64,000 bases of DNA from Acidimicrobiia bacterium (GCA_046565645.1 JBKHYD010000015.1:114268-178267); one strand, 5' to 3'; positions 22,633 to 32,625 are shown, counted from the stretch's first letter. Notes: generated by a model not told the origin, from the letters alone. Numbers and translations: made by a program.

Positions 22633-23213
22633 GTGCTGGTGGGGTCCCTCTCGAGGATCGACGGGTCGGCGAGCACCGCCCGGATGGTCTGCGGGTAGAG
22701 GCGGCGCTCGACCGCCTTGATGCGCTCGTGGAGCGAGGCCTCGTCGTCCCCCTCGAGGACCGGGACGGCCTCCTGGGCGAGGATGGGGCCGTCGTCCACC
22801 TCGACGGTGGCCACGTGGATGGTGCAGCCGGTGACCTTCACGCCGGCCTCCAGGGCCGCCCGCACGGCGTGCCAGCCCTTGAAGGCGGGCAGGAGCGCCG
22901 GGTGGGTGTTGAGGACACGCGAGCCGAAGGCCTCGTAGAGGGGCTCGGCGAAGACGGTGCCGAAGCCGGCCATCACGACGAGGTCGGTCTCCGCCTCCTG
23001 GAGGACGGCGACGACGTCCTTCGTGTACGCGACCCGGTCGAAGTCGGGTCCGAAGGTGGTCCGCTGGACGAGGGCGGCGGGCACCCCGTGGGCCTCGGCC
23101 ACCTCCAGCGCGCGCGACGGGCGGTCGGCGACGACGAGCGACACCGGGATGCCGTCGGCGAGGATGGCCTCGAGCAGGGTGCCGCTGCCCGATGCGAGGA
23201 CGGCGATGCGCAC
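22629..23213 (-). CDS. purN: Phosphoribosylglycinamide formyltransferase
   Basis: IAVLASGSGT, LNTHPALLPAFKG, GCTIH...VDDGPIL. Confidence 0.95.
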   Translation of the reverse strand: MRIAVLASGSGTLLEAILADGIPVSLVVADRPSRALEVAEAHGVPAALVQRTTFGPDFDRVAYTKDVVAVLQEAETDLVVMAGFGTVFAEPLYEAFGSRVLNTHPALLPAFKGWHAVRAALEAGVKVTGCTIHVATVEVDDGPILAQEAVPVLEGDDEASLHERIKAVERRLYPQTIRAVLADPSILERDPTST

Positions 23214-23313
23214 TGCGTGGAAGGTACCAGTCGCCGCGCGACGGTCCGTCCCCGGTCAGACGGCCTGCGTTAGCGTGACCCGCGGTCCCACACATCAGCT
23301 CAGGAGGCGGTAC

Positions 23314-23769
23314 GTGGATCTCAACAAGCTCACGACAGCGGACAAGGTGATCGCCGGCTCCGGCATCGTCTTGTTCATCGCCTACTTCCTGCCTTGGTTC
23401 AAGGCGGACGCCTTCGGGTTCACGGCCACGGCCAGCGGCGGCGACGTCGGGTTCCTCTGGGCCACGCTGCCGATGCTCCTCGGGCTGATCGCCGCCGGCG
23501 TGATCATCGCCACCAAGCTCTTCGACGCCAAGCTCCCCGACCTCCCGGCCCCGCTGGGCCAGATCATGCTGGGCATCGGCGCCGTGGCCGCCGTGCTCGT
23601 GATCCTCAAGCTCATCATCGGCGAGGACCCCACCGAGATCATCGACCGTGCCTACGGCATCTTCATCGCCGCCCTGGCCGCCATCGGCCTCGCCGTCGGG
23701 GGGTACCTCAAGATGCAGGAGGGCGACTCGACCCCGAGCTCCGGCTCCTCCGGCTCCGCCCCCTTCTGA
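23314..23769 (+). CDS. Four-helix membrane protein, unknown function
   Basis: GTG 23314 after AGGAGG; FLPW motif and four hydrophobic segments. Confidence 0.75.
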   Translation: MDLNKLTTADKVIAGSGIVLFIAYFLPWFKADAFGFTATASGGDVGFLWATLPMLLGLIAAGVIIATKLFDAKLPDLPAPLGQIMLGIGAVAAVLVILKLIIGEDPTEIIDRAYGIFIAALAAIGLAVGGYLKMQEGDSTPSSGSSGSAPF

Positions 23770-23805
23770 CCCACCGCCGGCAGCCCCTGGCTGTGCGGGT
23801 CCGCT

Positions 23806-23837
23806 GACGGTGCCCCGGCCCCGGCCGGGGCACCGTC
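23806..23837. terminator. Perfect 15-bp inverted repeat hairpin
   Basis: GACGGTGCCCCGGCC-CC-GGCCGGGGCACCGTC between two co-oriented membrane protein genes. Confidence 0.55.
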
Positions 23838-23886
23838 GCGTCCGGGGTGCACCATCCGCGGCGTTCGCGGCCGTACCGTCTCCGCC

Positions 23887-25155
23887 ATGACGGAACCCAC
23901 GTCAGCACCTCGTCCCCTCCTCCAGCAGCTCGGGCCCCGGGCGCTCCGCCGGGCCGAGCCCCGGGCGTCGATCGCGGTGGCCGGCGCCGGCTGCGCCCTC
24001 GCCGTGCTCGGCGTGCTCATCATCTCGGGCGACACCGGCCTCGGTGACAGCGGGGAGCTGAACCGCTGGCCCGGGGTGATCCTCTCGGCGGCGGTCGTCG
24101 TGGCCGGGTACGTGGTCATGTCACAGGTGGATCGGGGCGCGATCGCCACCGGCGGGGCGGTGGCAGCCGCGCTCGGGGTGCCCCCGCTCATGTTCTTCCT
24201 GACCTTCGACCAGGAGGGGCTGCCCCCGTACTCGACCGAGGGGATCCTCGGGGTCTCCACCCTCGCCTGGCTCGGCACCTACGTGCTCGGACCGGCCAAG
24301 GGCCGGCCGTTCTTCCTCGGGGCGGGGCTCATCGGGCTGTGGGCCACCGTGCTGCAGGTCACCGAAGACCTCTTCGACCTGCCCTGGACGTTCTTCGGTG
24401 GGTGGTTCTCCTACACCCCCACCTACGACGAGGACGGCTTCCCCATCGACCCGTCCTCCACCTTCGACGCCCCCGACCCGACCACCCTCGGGATGCTCAC
24501 CCTCGTCCTCGGCGTCGCCTACCTCGTCATCGCACGGGTGCTCGACGGCTCAGGCCGCCACGGCACCGCCACCCCGTTCGCCATGGCCACCATCCCGCTG
24601 TTCATCGCCGCGCCGATCTTCCTGGCCGACGAGCTCCAAGAGGCGGGGACCGGCCTCCTGCTCATCGCACTCGGCCTGGCCTTGGCGGTGAGCGGTGCCG
24701 CCTCAGGGCGGCGGGCCACCACCTGGCTGGGCGGGGCGGCGGTGGGGCTCGGCGCCGCCGTGTTCCTGACCGACATGACCGAGGACCCCACCGTCGGCGG
24801 CATGCTCTTCCTTGCCGCCGGCATCGGCCTCGTCTTCGCCGCCCACGGCTACGCCGCCGCCCGCGATGAGCCCGACGAGATGCTCGTCACTGGCGCCCCC
24901 ATGGCCGGCATCGGCGGGCTCACCCCCGCCTGGACCGCCGCCCCGGTGGCCCCGGTGGCCGAGGCCGGCCTCGGTGGGGCGGCTGGGGTCGCCACCTCTG
25001 CCCCGCCGCCCCCTGACGCAAGTGGCGACGATGCCGCTGACCGGTCGACCGAGCCGCCCACCGCGTCGCCCCCGGCCGATGACGAGCAGTGGGCCCCGCC
25101 CGCCAGCGACGACGACGAGCCACCGCTCCCTCCGCCGCCCGCACCCCCGTTCTGA
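23887..25155 (+). CDS. Multi-pass membrane protein with Pro/Ala/Asp-rich C-terminal tail
   Basis: About 10 hydrophobic segments followed by a low-complexity tail; host-like codon pattern. Confidence 0.75.
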   Translation: MTEPTSAPRPLLQQLGPRALRRAEPRASIAVAGAGCALAVLGVLIISGDTGLGDSGELNRWPGVILSAAVVVAGYVVMSQVDRGAIATGGAVAAALGVPPLMFFLTFDQEGLPPYSTEGILGVSTLAWLGTYVLGPAKGRPFFLGAGLIGLWATVLQVTEDLFDLPWTFFGGWFSYTPTYDEDGFPIDPSSTFDAPDPTTLGMLTLVLGVAYLVIARVLDGSGRHGTATPFAMATIPLFIAAPIFLADELQEAGTGLLLIALGLALAVSGAASGRRATTWLGGAAVGLGAAVFLTDMTEDPTVGGMLFLAAGIGLVFAAHGYAAARDEPDEMLVTGAPMAGIGGLTPAWTAAPVAPVAEAGLGGAAGVATSAPPPPDASGDDAADRSTEPPTASPPADDEQWAPPASDDDEPPLPPPPAPPF

Positions 25156-25161
25156 CGAGCG

Positions 25162-26220
25162 CTACTGGAGGGGCGGGTCCTCGCAGCCCGACGCGCCACC
25201 ACCGGGTCCGGCGGGCTCGGTGCGGGGGTAGGGCTCGACGAAGCCGCTCCCGGGGTCGTCGGTGGTGGCGAAGCGCACCACCGCCCGGGCGATGGCAGCC
25301 GCCTCGACCTGCTGGAAGGCCGGGTCGGCCAGCAGCGCCTCCTCCTCCGGGTTGGAGATGAACGCCGCCTCCGACAGCACGGCCGGGATGCCGGCGGTGC
25401 GCTTCAAGATCCCGTAGTAGTCGCCCCCGCTGCTGTTGGGCCGGTACTTCGCGCCCGCGTCGAGGTCGGCCGCCCAGGTGATCTCGTAGGCCGAGAAGGC
25501 GGCGATGAGCTCCTCGTAGAGCAGACCGGCCAGCCGCTTCGACTCGGCCGACGCGATCTGGAAGTAGGTCTCCGAGCCGGGCGTCGGACGGGTCTCGTCG
25601 GGCGCTGCGTTGTGGTGGATCGACACGAACGCCACCGGCTGCAGCGCCTGGGCGATGGCCCCGCGTGCGGCCAGCGTGATCCGGTAGTCCCCGGTCCGGG
25701 TGAGCACCACGTCCGCCCCCTCGGCCTCGAGCAGCCGCTCGGCCTCCTGGGCGATGGCCAGGTTCACGTCCTTCTCCCGCAGGCCCCCCGGTCCGACGGC
25801 GCCCGGCTCCTCCCCGCCGTGGCCCGGATCCAGCACGACCGTGGCCCCGAGCAGCGGCTGGCCGGCGACGGTCACCTCCCGCCCGCAGGGGGACACGGCC
25901 ACGAACCGCCCGTCCTCCACCGCCGACGAGACGGCGAGCACCACCCCGGTGGGGGTGACCACCGCCCGGGGTGACCCGTCGCGAGGCGCCTCCGGCCAGA
26001 CGACGGGCGGAGCCGTCGTGGTCGTCGGTACCGCCGTGGTCTTCGCCGGGACGGAGGTGGTCGGCTCAGGCGCGGCCGTGGTGGAGCTGCCGGCCTGCGG
26101 CTCGCGTCCGTCCTCGCCCGACGCGGCGACCGCCACCAGGCCGGCGAGCAGCACAGCGACGAGCAGCCCGAGGAGCACCCCGGTCCGGTGGCGGGTGAGC
26201 ATGACGGCCCAGGGTGGCAT
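25162..26220 (-). CDS. N-acetylmuramoyl-L-alanine amidase (Amidase_3 type), membrane-anchored
   Basis: VVLDPGHGG, EKDVNL, VLTR, FVSIHHNA, AVLSEAAFISN; N-terminal hydrophobic helix; alternative start ATG 26202. Confidence 0.9.
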   Translation of the reverse strand: MPPWAVMLTRHRTGVLLGLLVAVLLAGLVAVAASGEDGREPQAGSSTTAAPEPTTSVPAKTTAVPTTTTAPPVVWPEAPRDGSPRAVVTPTGVVLAVSSAVEDGRFVAVSPCGREVTVAGQPLLGATVVLDPGHGGEEPGAVGPGGLREKDVNLAIAQEAERLLEAEGADVVLTRTGDYRITLAARGAIAQALQPVAFVSIHHNAAPDETRPTPGSETYFQIASAESKRLAGLLYEELIAAFSAYEITWAADLDAGAKYRPNSSGGDYYGILKRTAGIPAVLSEAAFISNPEEEALLADPAFQQVEAAAIARAVVRFATTDDPGSGFVEPYPRTEPAGPGGGASGCEDPPLQ

Positions 26221-26320
26221 CTGACGGCGGGCTCGTCACCTCCCGCCCCCCCGGCTGGGCGGCCCCAGCGGGGGAAACGGGTGGACGGCGGGGCCGTCGA
26301 CGATGCTGCCCGGGGAGAGA

Positions 26321-28756
26321 TCAGCGACCGAACAACCCGAAGTCCGGTGTCGACGGGTGGTAGGCCAACGCCGTCGACGCGAAGGTCGTCGGGTCCAGCG
26401 CCTCCAGCGTCTGGTCGGTGAGCAGGATCGGTCTGGCGGACACCACGAGGACGCGAGCGACCGAGGGGTGGGGCGCCGGCGCGCAGTGGAAGAAGGCCGC
26501 GTCGCGCTGGTCCTCCGGGACGTACCACCCGATGACGGCGTCGTCCACCCGCGAGCACGAGTAGCGGGGCCAGTCGACGTGCTCGGTCCCCGGATCCTCG
26601 CATCGCAGCACCACACCGCCCGGCCCGACCATCTGTCGGACGTCGGGGTCGGTCACCTCCACCGTCGGACAGGGGGCCGGCGCCTCGGCCGGCTTGTTGG
26701 CCACCGGTGCGGCGACCTCACCGAGACCGCCGTCGGCGCTGAGGACGACGGCGTGGTGGGGTCCGGGCTCTCGGCCCCGCTCCCATCGGACATCCTGCAC
26801 CCCCCACATCGCCAGCTGGCGCTCGGGCCACCAGGTGAACGCGTGGTGGTCCACACCGACGGAGTCGGCCGACCACGGCCGCTCCCACGTGGCCAGCACC
26901 TGCGGGGCGTCGGCGTCCTGGACGTCGATGAGGTGGACCTGCACCCAGGGGCGGGTGGTGCGGTCGTCGCCCGTCCCGACCTCGTCGTGGCGGGACCCGA
27001 CCACGAGGGCGCGCCCGTCGGGCAGCGGGTGGAAGTAGCCGATGTCACCCGGCATCGGCACGGCTCCGGCCCGCCGGGGCTGGGCGGGGTCGGTGACGTC
27101 GATGACGTGCACGGTGCGCCCGAAGGCACCGGTGGACACGAGCACCCGCCCCTCGAGGAAGCGCACGGCGGTGACCGCCCCGTCGCCGCCGGCCAGGTCC
27201 TCGACCTGGGCTGTCTCCGCCAGCCGGCCTGCACCGTCGGGGGTCAGCACGGTGAGGTCCACAGCGACCTGTGGGTCCTGCTTCCAGGGGGTGCCCTCGG
27301 TGGTGACCACCGCCAGGGCGTCGCCGATCTCCCCGAAGGCGAACTGGCCCACGGTCGATCCGTCGACGATCCCCGAGCCCTGGTAGGCCGGCGGCGCGCC
27401 GGCCGCGAAGCCGAACTCGTGGATGGCGGTCTGCCAGTCCTCGAAGCTGAGCTGCTCTCGGTCGACCGGGTCGACCCAGACCTCGGAGCTGATCGCAACC
27501 CGGTCCAGGCCGGCGTAGAGCGTGGCCCCAGGGGCGAGGATGGAGGTCCCAGCCGGCTCGAACCGGCCCGAGCCGAGCGGGAAGGTCACCATCGAGGTCA
27601 TCGCAACGCCCGAGAAGGTGTCGGGCACGTGCACCCGATCGCACGGCACCAGCGGCTCCGGAGCCGCTCCCGCTCGCTCCCAGTCGGGGATCCAGTCGGC
27701 CACCGACGAGGCGGCGACGGAGGCGCGGTTCTGCGCGAGCGCCTTGGCCACCGAGCTCGGCGTGGTGGGCATGACGAAGCCGAGGTCGGCCATGTGCGAT
27801 GTGGCCACCAGCCGCACCTCGCCATCCACGAGCCGGGCGGAAACCAGGGCACCCTCGACCCTCACGCGGTCGGTGATCGACGGGACCGCCGGATCGCGGG
27901 CGTCCACGAAGGTCAGGGTGAGGTAGCTGGTGGCGGCCCGGGTGGCCGACGGGTCGCCGTCCACGGGATCGGACACCTCGACCTCGGAGCCGAAGACCAC
28001 CACCCGGTCTCCGTCGACCAGGAGGTCGCTCACCAGCACCTGCCGTTCCGCCTCGTCGTCCGAGCCCGGGGTCACGTCGAGCGTCGACAGGACCCGGAGA
28101 TCACTGGCGTCGGTGACGCGGAGGTTGCCCCGACCGTCGAGGTCGAAGATCAGGTCCCCGACCGCCTTCACGTGGTCGAGCTCGTCGACACCCGCCACCT
28201 GCACGTTGGTACCGAGCGTCTCGCCCCCCGTCCCCGTGGCTGAGGGCGCCGCCACGGCCGACTCGTCAGCGGTCTGGTTGACCCGGCCGGCCTGCTCCAG
28301 GAGACCGGAGTACGGCGAGAGGCCACCGAACCCGCCGAAGCCCCGGCTTCCCACGTGCGCGGCACCGACCCGCCTCAGGTCTGCGACGAGCGCATCGCAG
28401 TCGGGGAAGGTCGACACCGTGCTGACCAGCCGCACCGTGGTGGGGTCGACGGGCTCGGGATCGAGGGACGCCAGCAGGTCGGCCCCCTCGTCGTCGAGGT
28501 CAGCTGCGGCGGGGCCTACGTGCTCCGACGCGTCCCCGCCATCGGAGGCCTGCACGACCAGGGTCCCGGCGAGGAGAGCGCTGACGGCGAGGGCGCCACC
28601 CGCCACGAGGCCGAGGCGACGGCTGCGACGGCGTAGGACGGAGGCCTCGACCGCCACCGGTGAGATGCCCTTGGAGGCGGCACGGAGGCGGGCTCCGGCG
28701 CTGTCGAGCACCGGATCCCTCTCGGAGGACGGGCCGGGATCAACGGGATCGTTCAT
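26321..28756 (-). CDS. Membrane-anchored secreted beta-propeller domain protein, putative anti-sigma factor
   Basis: Short N-terminus ending RRRSRR plus TM helix; [23 protein letters not shown] motifs; 13 nt after the ECF sigma stop. Confidence 0.8.
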   Translation of the reverse strand: MNDPVDPGPSSERDPVLDSAGARLRAASKGISPVAVEASVLRRRSRRLGLVAGGALAVSALLAGTLVVQASDGGDASEHVGPAAADLDDEGADLLASLDPEPVDPTTVRLVSTVSTFPDCDALVADLRRVGAAHVGSRGFGGFGGLSPYSGLLEQAGRVNQTADESAVAAPSATGTGGETLGTNVQVAGVDELDHVKAVGDLIFDLDGRGNLRVTDASDLRVLSTLDVTPGSDDEAERQVLVSDLLVDGDRVVVFGSEVEVSDPVDGDPSATRAATSYLTLTFVDARDPAVPSITDRVRVEGALVSARLVDGEVRLVATSHMADLGFVMPTTPSSVAKALAQNRASVAASSVADWIPDWERAGAAPEPLVPCDRVHVPDTFSGVAMTSMVTFPLGSGRFEPAGTSILAPGATLYAGLDRVAISSEVWVDPVDREQLSFEDWQTAIHEFGFAAGAPPAYQGSGIVDGSTVGQFAFGEIGDALAVVTTEGTPWKQDPQVAVDLTVLTPDGAGRLAETAQVEDLAGGDGAVTAVRFLEGRVLVSTGAFGRTVHVIDVTDPAQPRRAGAVPMPGDIGYFHPLPDGRALVVGSRHDEVGTGDDRTTRPWVQVHLIDVQDADAPQVLATWERPWSADSVGVDHHAFTWWPERQLAMWGVQDVRWERGREPGPHHAVVLSADGGLGEVAAPVANKPAEAPAPCPTVEVTDPDVRQMVGPGGVVLRCEDPGTEHVDWPRYSCSRVDDAVIGWYVPEDQRDAAFFHCAPAPHPSVARVLVVSARPILLTDQTLEALDPTTFASTALAYHPSTPDFGLFGR

Positions 28757-28769
28757 CGGATGCCTGCTT

Positions 28770-29270
28770 TCATTCCACGTACGACCGGAGCTCGACGGAG
28801 GAGCGGAGGGTTCCTCGCCCCCGATGGAGCAGCGACTTCACCGCAGAGGAGGTGGTCTGCATCGTCTCGGCGATCTCCTCGACGCTGAGGTCGGCTCCGT
28901 AGCGCAGCGCGATGGCCGCGGCCTGGTCGGCCGGCAGCGCTCTCACCGCGGCCCACACGCCCTCGTCGTCGAGCGCGGCGAGCGGATCTCGTTCCGCATC
29001 CCTGCGGAGACCGTGCAGCGCACCCAGTCGAGCCACCGCACGGCCCTCGCTCGACGAACGGCGCGCCACCGAGATGGCTTCGTTGATGGCGACGCGGCGG
29101 GCCCAGGCACCGGGTCGGTCGAGGCGCGACACCCTCCGCCAGCGCACGAAGCACCGCTCGAACGCGTCTTGGACGATCTCCTCGGCTCGGTGCCGGTCGC
29201 CCACGATCGCCGTCGTCGCGGCCACCAGACCCCGGCTCTCGGCTTCAACCAGCTCCGCGAACTCGACCAT
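28770..29270 (-). CDS. ECF (sigma-70 group 4) RNA polymerase sigma factor
   Basis: AEEIVQDAF...W, region 4 LPADQAAAIALRY..LSVEEIAETM..VKSLLHRGR. Confidence 0.9.
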   Translation of the reverse strand: MVEFAELVEAESRGLVAATTAIVGDRHRAEEIVQDAFERCFVRWRRVSRLDRPGAWARRVAINEAISVARRSSSEGRAVARLGALHGLRRDAERDPLAALDDEGVWAAVRALPADQAAAIALRYGADLSVEEIAETMQTTSSAVKSLLHRGRGTLRSSVELRSYVE

Positions 29271-29375
29271 CCACCATCCTCGCCTCACACACGCACGAGC
29301 CCCACGGCCGGTCGCGCTCATCTTGCCCGGCACCAGGCGGGAGGGTCGGGCCCGGTGACGACCTGGGCCCGGGCG

Positions 29376-29411
29376 CGACGAGGGCCGGAGATCGCTCCCC
29401 GGCCCTCGTCG
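29376..29411 (-). terminator. 13-bp stem hairpin downstream of sucD
   Basis: CGACGAGGGCCGG...CCGGCCCTCGTCG, 24 nt past the sucD stop. Confidence 0.5.
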
Positions 29412-29435
29412 GTCGTGCTGGCGGGTCCCGAGGGA

Positions 29436-30338
29436 TCAGCCGGCGAGCTCCTCGACCACCTGGACCATGAGCTGGCTGGCCTCGGTGGGGTTGTTGCCGA
29501 CCCGGACGCCGGCCGCCTGGAGGGCGTCCATCTTGGCTGCCGCCGTGCCCTTGCCGCCCGACACGATGGCGCCGGCGTGGCCCATCTTCTTGCCGGCCGG
29601 GGCGGTGACGCCGGCGATGTAGGACACGACCGGCTTGCTCATCTTCTCGGCGATGTAGGCCGCGGCCTCCTCCTCGGCCGAGCCGCCGATCTCACCGAAC
29701 ATCATCACGGCGTCGGTGGCCGGGTCCGCCTCGAAGGCCTCGAGGCAGTCGATGAACGACGTGCCCGGGACCGGGTCGCCGCCGATGCCGACGCAGGTGG
29801 TGACACCGATGTCGTTGAGCTTCAGCTCGTAGAGGGCCTGGTAGGTGAGGGTGCCCGAGCGGCTCACGATGCCGACGTTGGGCCGGCCCTCCACCGGGCG
29901 CTTGGCGATGTGCCCGGCGGTGATGCCGATGTTGGCCTTGCCGGGGCTGATGATGCCGGGGCAGTTGGGGCCGAGGAGCCGCACGTCGGGGAAGTCCCGC
30001 TTCAGCTTGTTGAAGAACCAGGCCTCGTCGTGGGCGGGGACGCCCTCGGTGATGGCCACGATGAACTTCACGCCGCCTTCGGCGGCCTCCATGACGGCGT
30101 CCTTCACCCCGGGCGCCGGGATGAAGATGCACGACGCCGTGGCGCCGGTGGCCTCCACGGCCTCGCCCACCGATGCGTAGACGGGGATGCCGTCCACGTC
30201 GGTGCCGGCCTTCTTGGGGTTCGTGCCGGCCACCACCTGGGTGCCGTAGTCACGGTTCAGGAGGCCGTAGAACCGGCCTTGCGAGCCGGTGAGCCCCTGG
30301 TAGACGACCTTGGTGGTCTCGTCGACGAAGATTGCCAC
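29436..30338 (-). CDS. sucD: Succinyl-CoA ligase alpha subunit
   Basis: LLGPNCPG, SRSGTLTY, GIGGDP, KMGHAGA (phospho-His). Confidence 0.97.
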   Translation of the reverse strand: MAIFVDETTKVVYQGLTGSQGRFYGLLNRDYGTQVVAGTNPKKAGTDVDGIPVYASVGEAVEATGATASCIFIPAPGVKDAVMEAAEGGVKFIVAITEGVPAHDEAWFFNKLKRDFPDVRLLGPNCPGIISPGKANIGITAGHIAKRPVEGRPNVGIVSRSGTLTYQALYELKLNDIGVTTCVGIGGDPVPGTSFIDCLEAFEADPATDAVMMFGEIGGSAEEEAAAYIAEKMSKPVVSYIAGVTAPAGKKMGHAGAIVSGGKGTAAAKMDALQAAGVRVGNNPTEASQLMVQVVEELAG

Positions 30339-30352
30339 GTCGCTGCTCTCCT

Positions 30353-31495
30353 CTACTTGGTGGCCAGCGCCACGGCGGTCTCCGCGGCCTCGACCATCGT
30401 CGAAGCCATCCGGAGGGTGTCGGACAGGTGGGGCTGGAGCAGGGCCCGGCCCTCGTCGGCGTTGGTCCCGTCCAGGCGGATCACGATCGGCACGTCGATC
30501 TGGACCCGCTCCATGGCGCTGATGATCCCGTTGGCGACCTCGTCGCCCTTGGTGATGCCGCCGAAGATGTTGATGAAGATCGCCTTGACCTCGGGATCGT
30601 TGTTGATGACCTCGAGGGCTCCGGCCATCACGTCGGCGTTGGCGCCGCCGCCGATGTCGAGGAAGTTGGCCGGCTTGCCGCCCACCTGGTTCACGATGTC
30701 GACGGTGGACATGGCCAGGCCGGCCCCGTTGGCGATCACGCCGACCGAGCCCTCCAACCCGACGTACTGGAGGCCCTTGTCGTGGGCGGCCTGCTCGCGC
30801 TCGTCGCGGACCTGGGTGGCCTCGTACTGCTCGTAGTCCGGGTGCCGGAACACCGAGTTGGCATCCAGCGTCACCTTGGCGTCGAGGGCGTGGACCTCCC
30901 CGGTGGGCTTCAGGATGAGCGGGTTGATCTCGGTGAGGTCGGCGTCGCCCTCGGTGTAGGCCCGGTAGAGCTTCACCAGGATGTCGACCGCGCCGTCGGT
31001 GGCGTCGGGGTTGAGCTTGGCGTCCTGCACCCAGGCACGGGCGGCGTCCTCGGTCAGGCCGTCGACGGGGTCGATCCAGATCTTGGCGATGGCGTCGGGG
31101 TCGCTCTCGGCCACGGCCTTGATCTCGACGCCGCCCTGGGCGGAGAGCATCCCGAGGTGCTTCTTGGCGGAGCGGTCGAGGGTGAACGACGCGTAGTACT
31201 CCTCCGCGATGTCGGACGCCAGCTCGATCCAGAGCGTCTCGACCGTGTGCCCCTTGATGTCCATCCCGAGGATGTTCGAGGCGTGGGTGCGGACCTCGTC
31301 GGCGCTCTCGGCCAGCTTGATGCCGCCGGCCTTACCGCGGCCGCCCACCTGGACCTGGGCCTTCACGACCACCGGGTAGCCGATCCGCTCGGCGGCGGCG
31401 ACGGCGTCGTCCACCGTGGTGACGGCCTCGCCGGGCGACACCGGGATGCCGTAGCTCGCGAAGAACTGCTTGCCCTGGTACTCGTACAGGTCCAT
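30353..31495 (-). CDS. sucC: Succinyl-CoA ligase beta subunit
   Basis: MDLYEYQGK, KAQVQVGGRGKAGG, NGAGLAMST, NIFGGI. Confidence 0.97.
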   Translation of the reverse strand: MDLYEYQGKQFFASYGIPVSPGEAVTTVDDAVAAAERIGYPVVVKAQVQVGGRGKAGGIKLAESADEVRTHASNILGMDIKGHTVETLWIELASDIAEEYYASFTLDRSAKKHLGMLSAQGGVEIKAVAESDPDAIAKIWIDPVDGLTEDAARAWVQDAKLNPDATDGAVDILVKLYRAYTEGDADLTEINPLILKPTGEVHALDAKVTLDANSVFRHPDYEQYEATQVRDEREQAAHDKGLQYVGLEGSVGVIANGAGLAMSTVDIVNQVGGKPANFLDIGGGANADVMAGALEVINNDPEVKAIFINIFGGITKGDEVANGIISAMERVQIDVPIVIRLDGTNADEGRALLQPHLSDTLRMASTMVEAAETAVALATK

Positions 31496-31627
31496 GCGCT
31501 CTCTCTCCCGACCCCGGGGGGCCCTCGGTTTCCGACGGTGCGACGGGTCGGCCGATACTAGGGGCGTGCCCGAGACCCCTCGCCAGTCGAGCCCAGCGTC
31601 GCTCCGGCCTCCGTCGGCGGCCCGCTG

Positions 31628-32110
31628 ATGCCCGTCGCCCAGAGCCGCGGGCACGCCGGCAAGGCCCTCCTGGTGGCCGGGGTGGGCGTGGTGGTGGCGC
31701 TCGGCATCGCGTGGTTCGTGGCCCAGGCGGCCAGCCGGGGCGACGTCGAGATCCGCCTCGGCGACGACCGCTTCGACGCGGGGCAGGTCGAGAGCATCGC
31801 CGAGGCCATCGACGACGAGGACGGGCTCCCGGTGCTCGTGCCGGACCTGGTGGGCGGTCAGCGGAACCTGTTCGTCCAGCACCTCTCGGAAGATGCGGAC
31901 GAGGGGTGGGTGGCCTTCGGGGCCTTCGACCCCGACGACCCGTCGTGTGCGGTGCAGATCGACCGGGACGCCAAGGTGCTCGTGAACGCCTGCGACGAGT
32001 CGGTCACCTACCCGCTCGACGGCGCCGGGCTGCGCTACTACCCGACCTCCGTGGAGGACGGGCGCATCTACGTGGACATCAACGAGCTGTCGACCACCAC
32101 CACCCGCTGA
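31628..32110 (+). CDS. Membrane-anchored hypothetical protein with a Rieske-like C-terminal pattern but no Fe-S ligands
   Basis: N-terminal TM helix; SC...NACD...YPLDG..L..YP..VEDGRIYVD. Confidence 0.65.
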   Translation: MPVAQSRGHAGKALLVAGVGVVVALGIAWFVAQAASRGDVEIRLGDDRFDAGQVESIAEAIDDEDGLPVLVPDLVGGQRNLFVQHLSEDADEGWVAFGAFDPDDPSCAVQIDRDAKVLVNACDESVTYPLDGAGLRYYPTSVEDGRIYVDINELSTTTTR

Positions 32111-32119
32111 ACGCCGGGA

Positions 32120-32584
32120 TCAGCGCCCGGTCTCGAGCAGGCGGGTCATCTCGTCGAGGACTCGCCGGGTGATGCGGGCGACGTCGCGCTCGTCGGCCTG
32201 GGTGACGGTGAGGTCGGCGAGCACCTCGGTGACGCCGCTCCGGCCGCCTCTGACCGCGAGGAACGACACCGCCCCGCGACCGGTCACCGCCCGCCGGGGG
32301 CCGGTCACCGTCCAGGACACGGGGAAGTGCACGTGGGTGCCCGACTCCCAGACCGGGACGCCTGTCTCGAAGGCGGTGCTCAGCTCCGGGTGCGGGAGCC
32401 CGACCGCGGCCCGGGTGAGGAGCGCGTCGAGCTCGAGCTCGCCGAGGCGCTCGAAGACGAGCTGGAGCGGGAGGTCGACGTAGGCGCTGAGGCGCACCAG
32501 GTGCGCTTGCTCGTCCGATGCGCCTTCCGCCTGGGGACCGGCTGGGCTGTCGACGGCCATGAGGGGCCTCCTCGTTCCGTCCAC
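32120..32584 (-). CDS. Hypothetical protein
   Basis: Fills the gap with a protein-like sequence; start may be ATG 32560; no family recognised. Confidence 0.55.
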   Translation of the reverse strand: MDGTRRPLMAVDSPAGPQAEGASDEQAHLVRLSAYVDLPLQLVFERLGELELDALLTRAAVGLPHPELSTAFETGVPVWESGTHVHFPVSWTVTGPRRAVTGRGAVSFLAVRGGRSGVTEVLADLTVTQADERDVARITRRVLDEMTRLLETGR

Positions 32585-32625
32585 CCTGCCCGAGCCCGAG
32601 GCCCATCGAACAGAGGCGAACGTCC

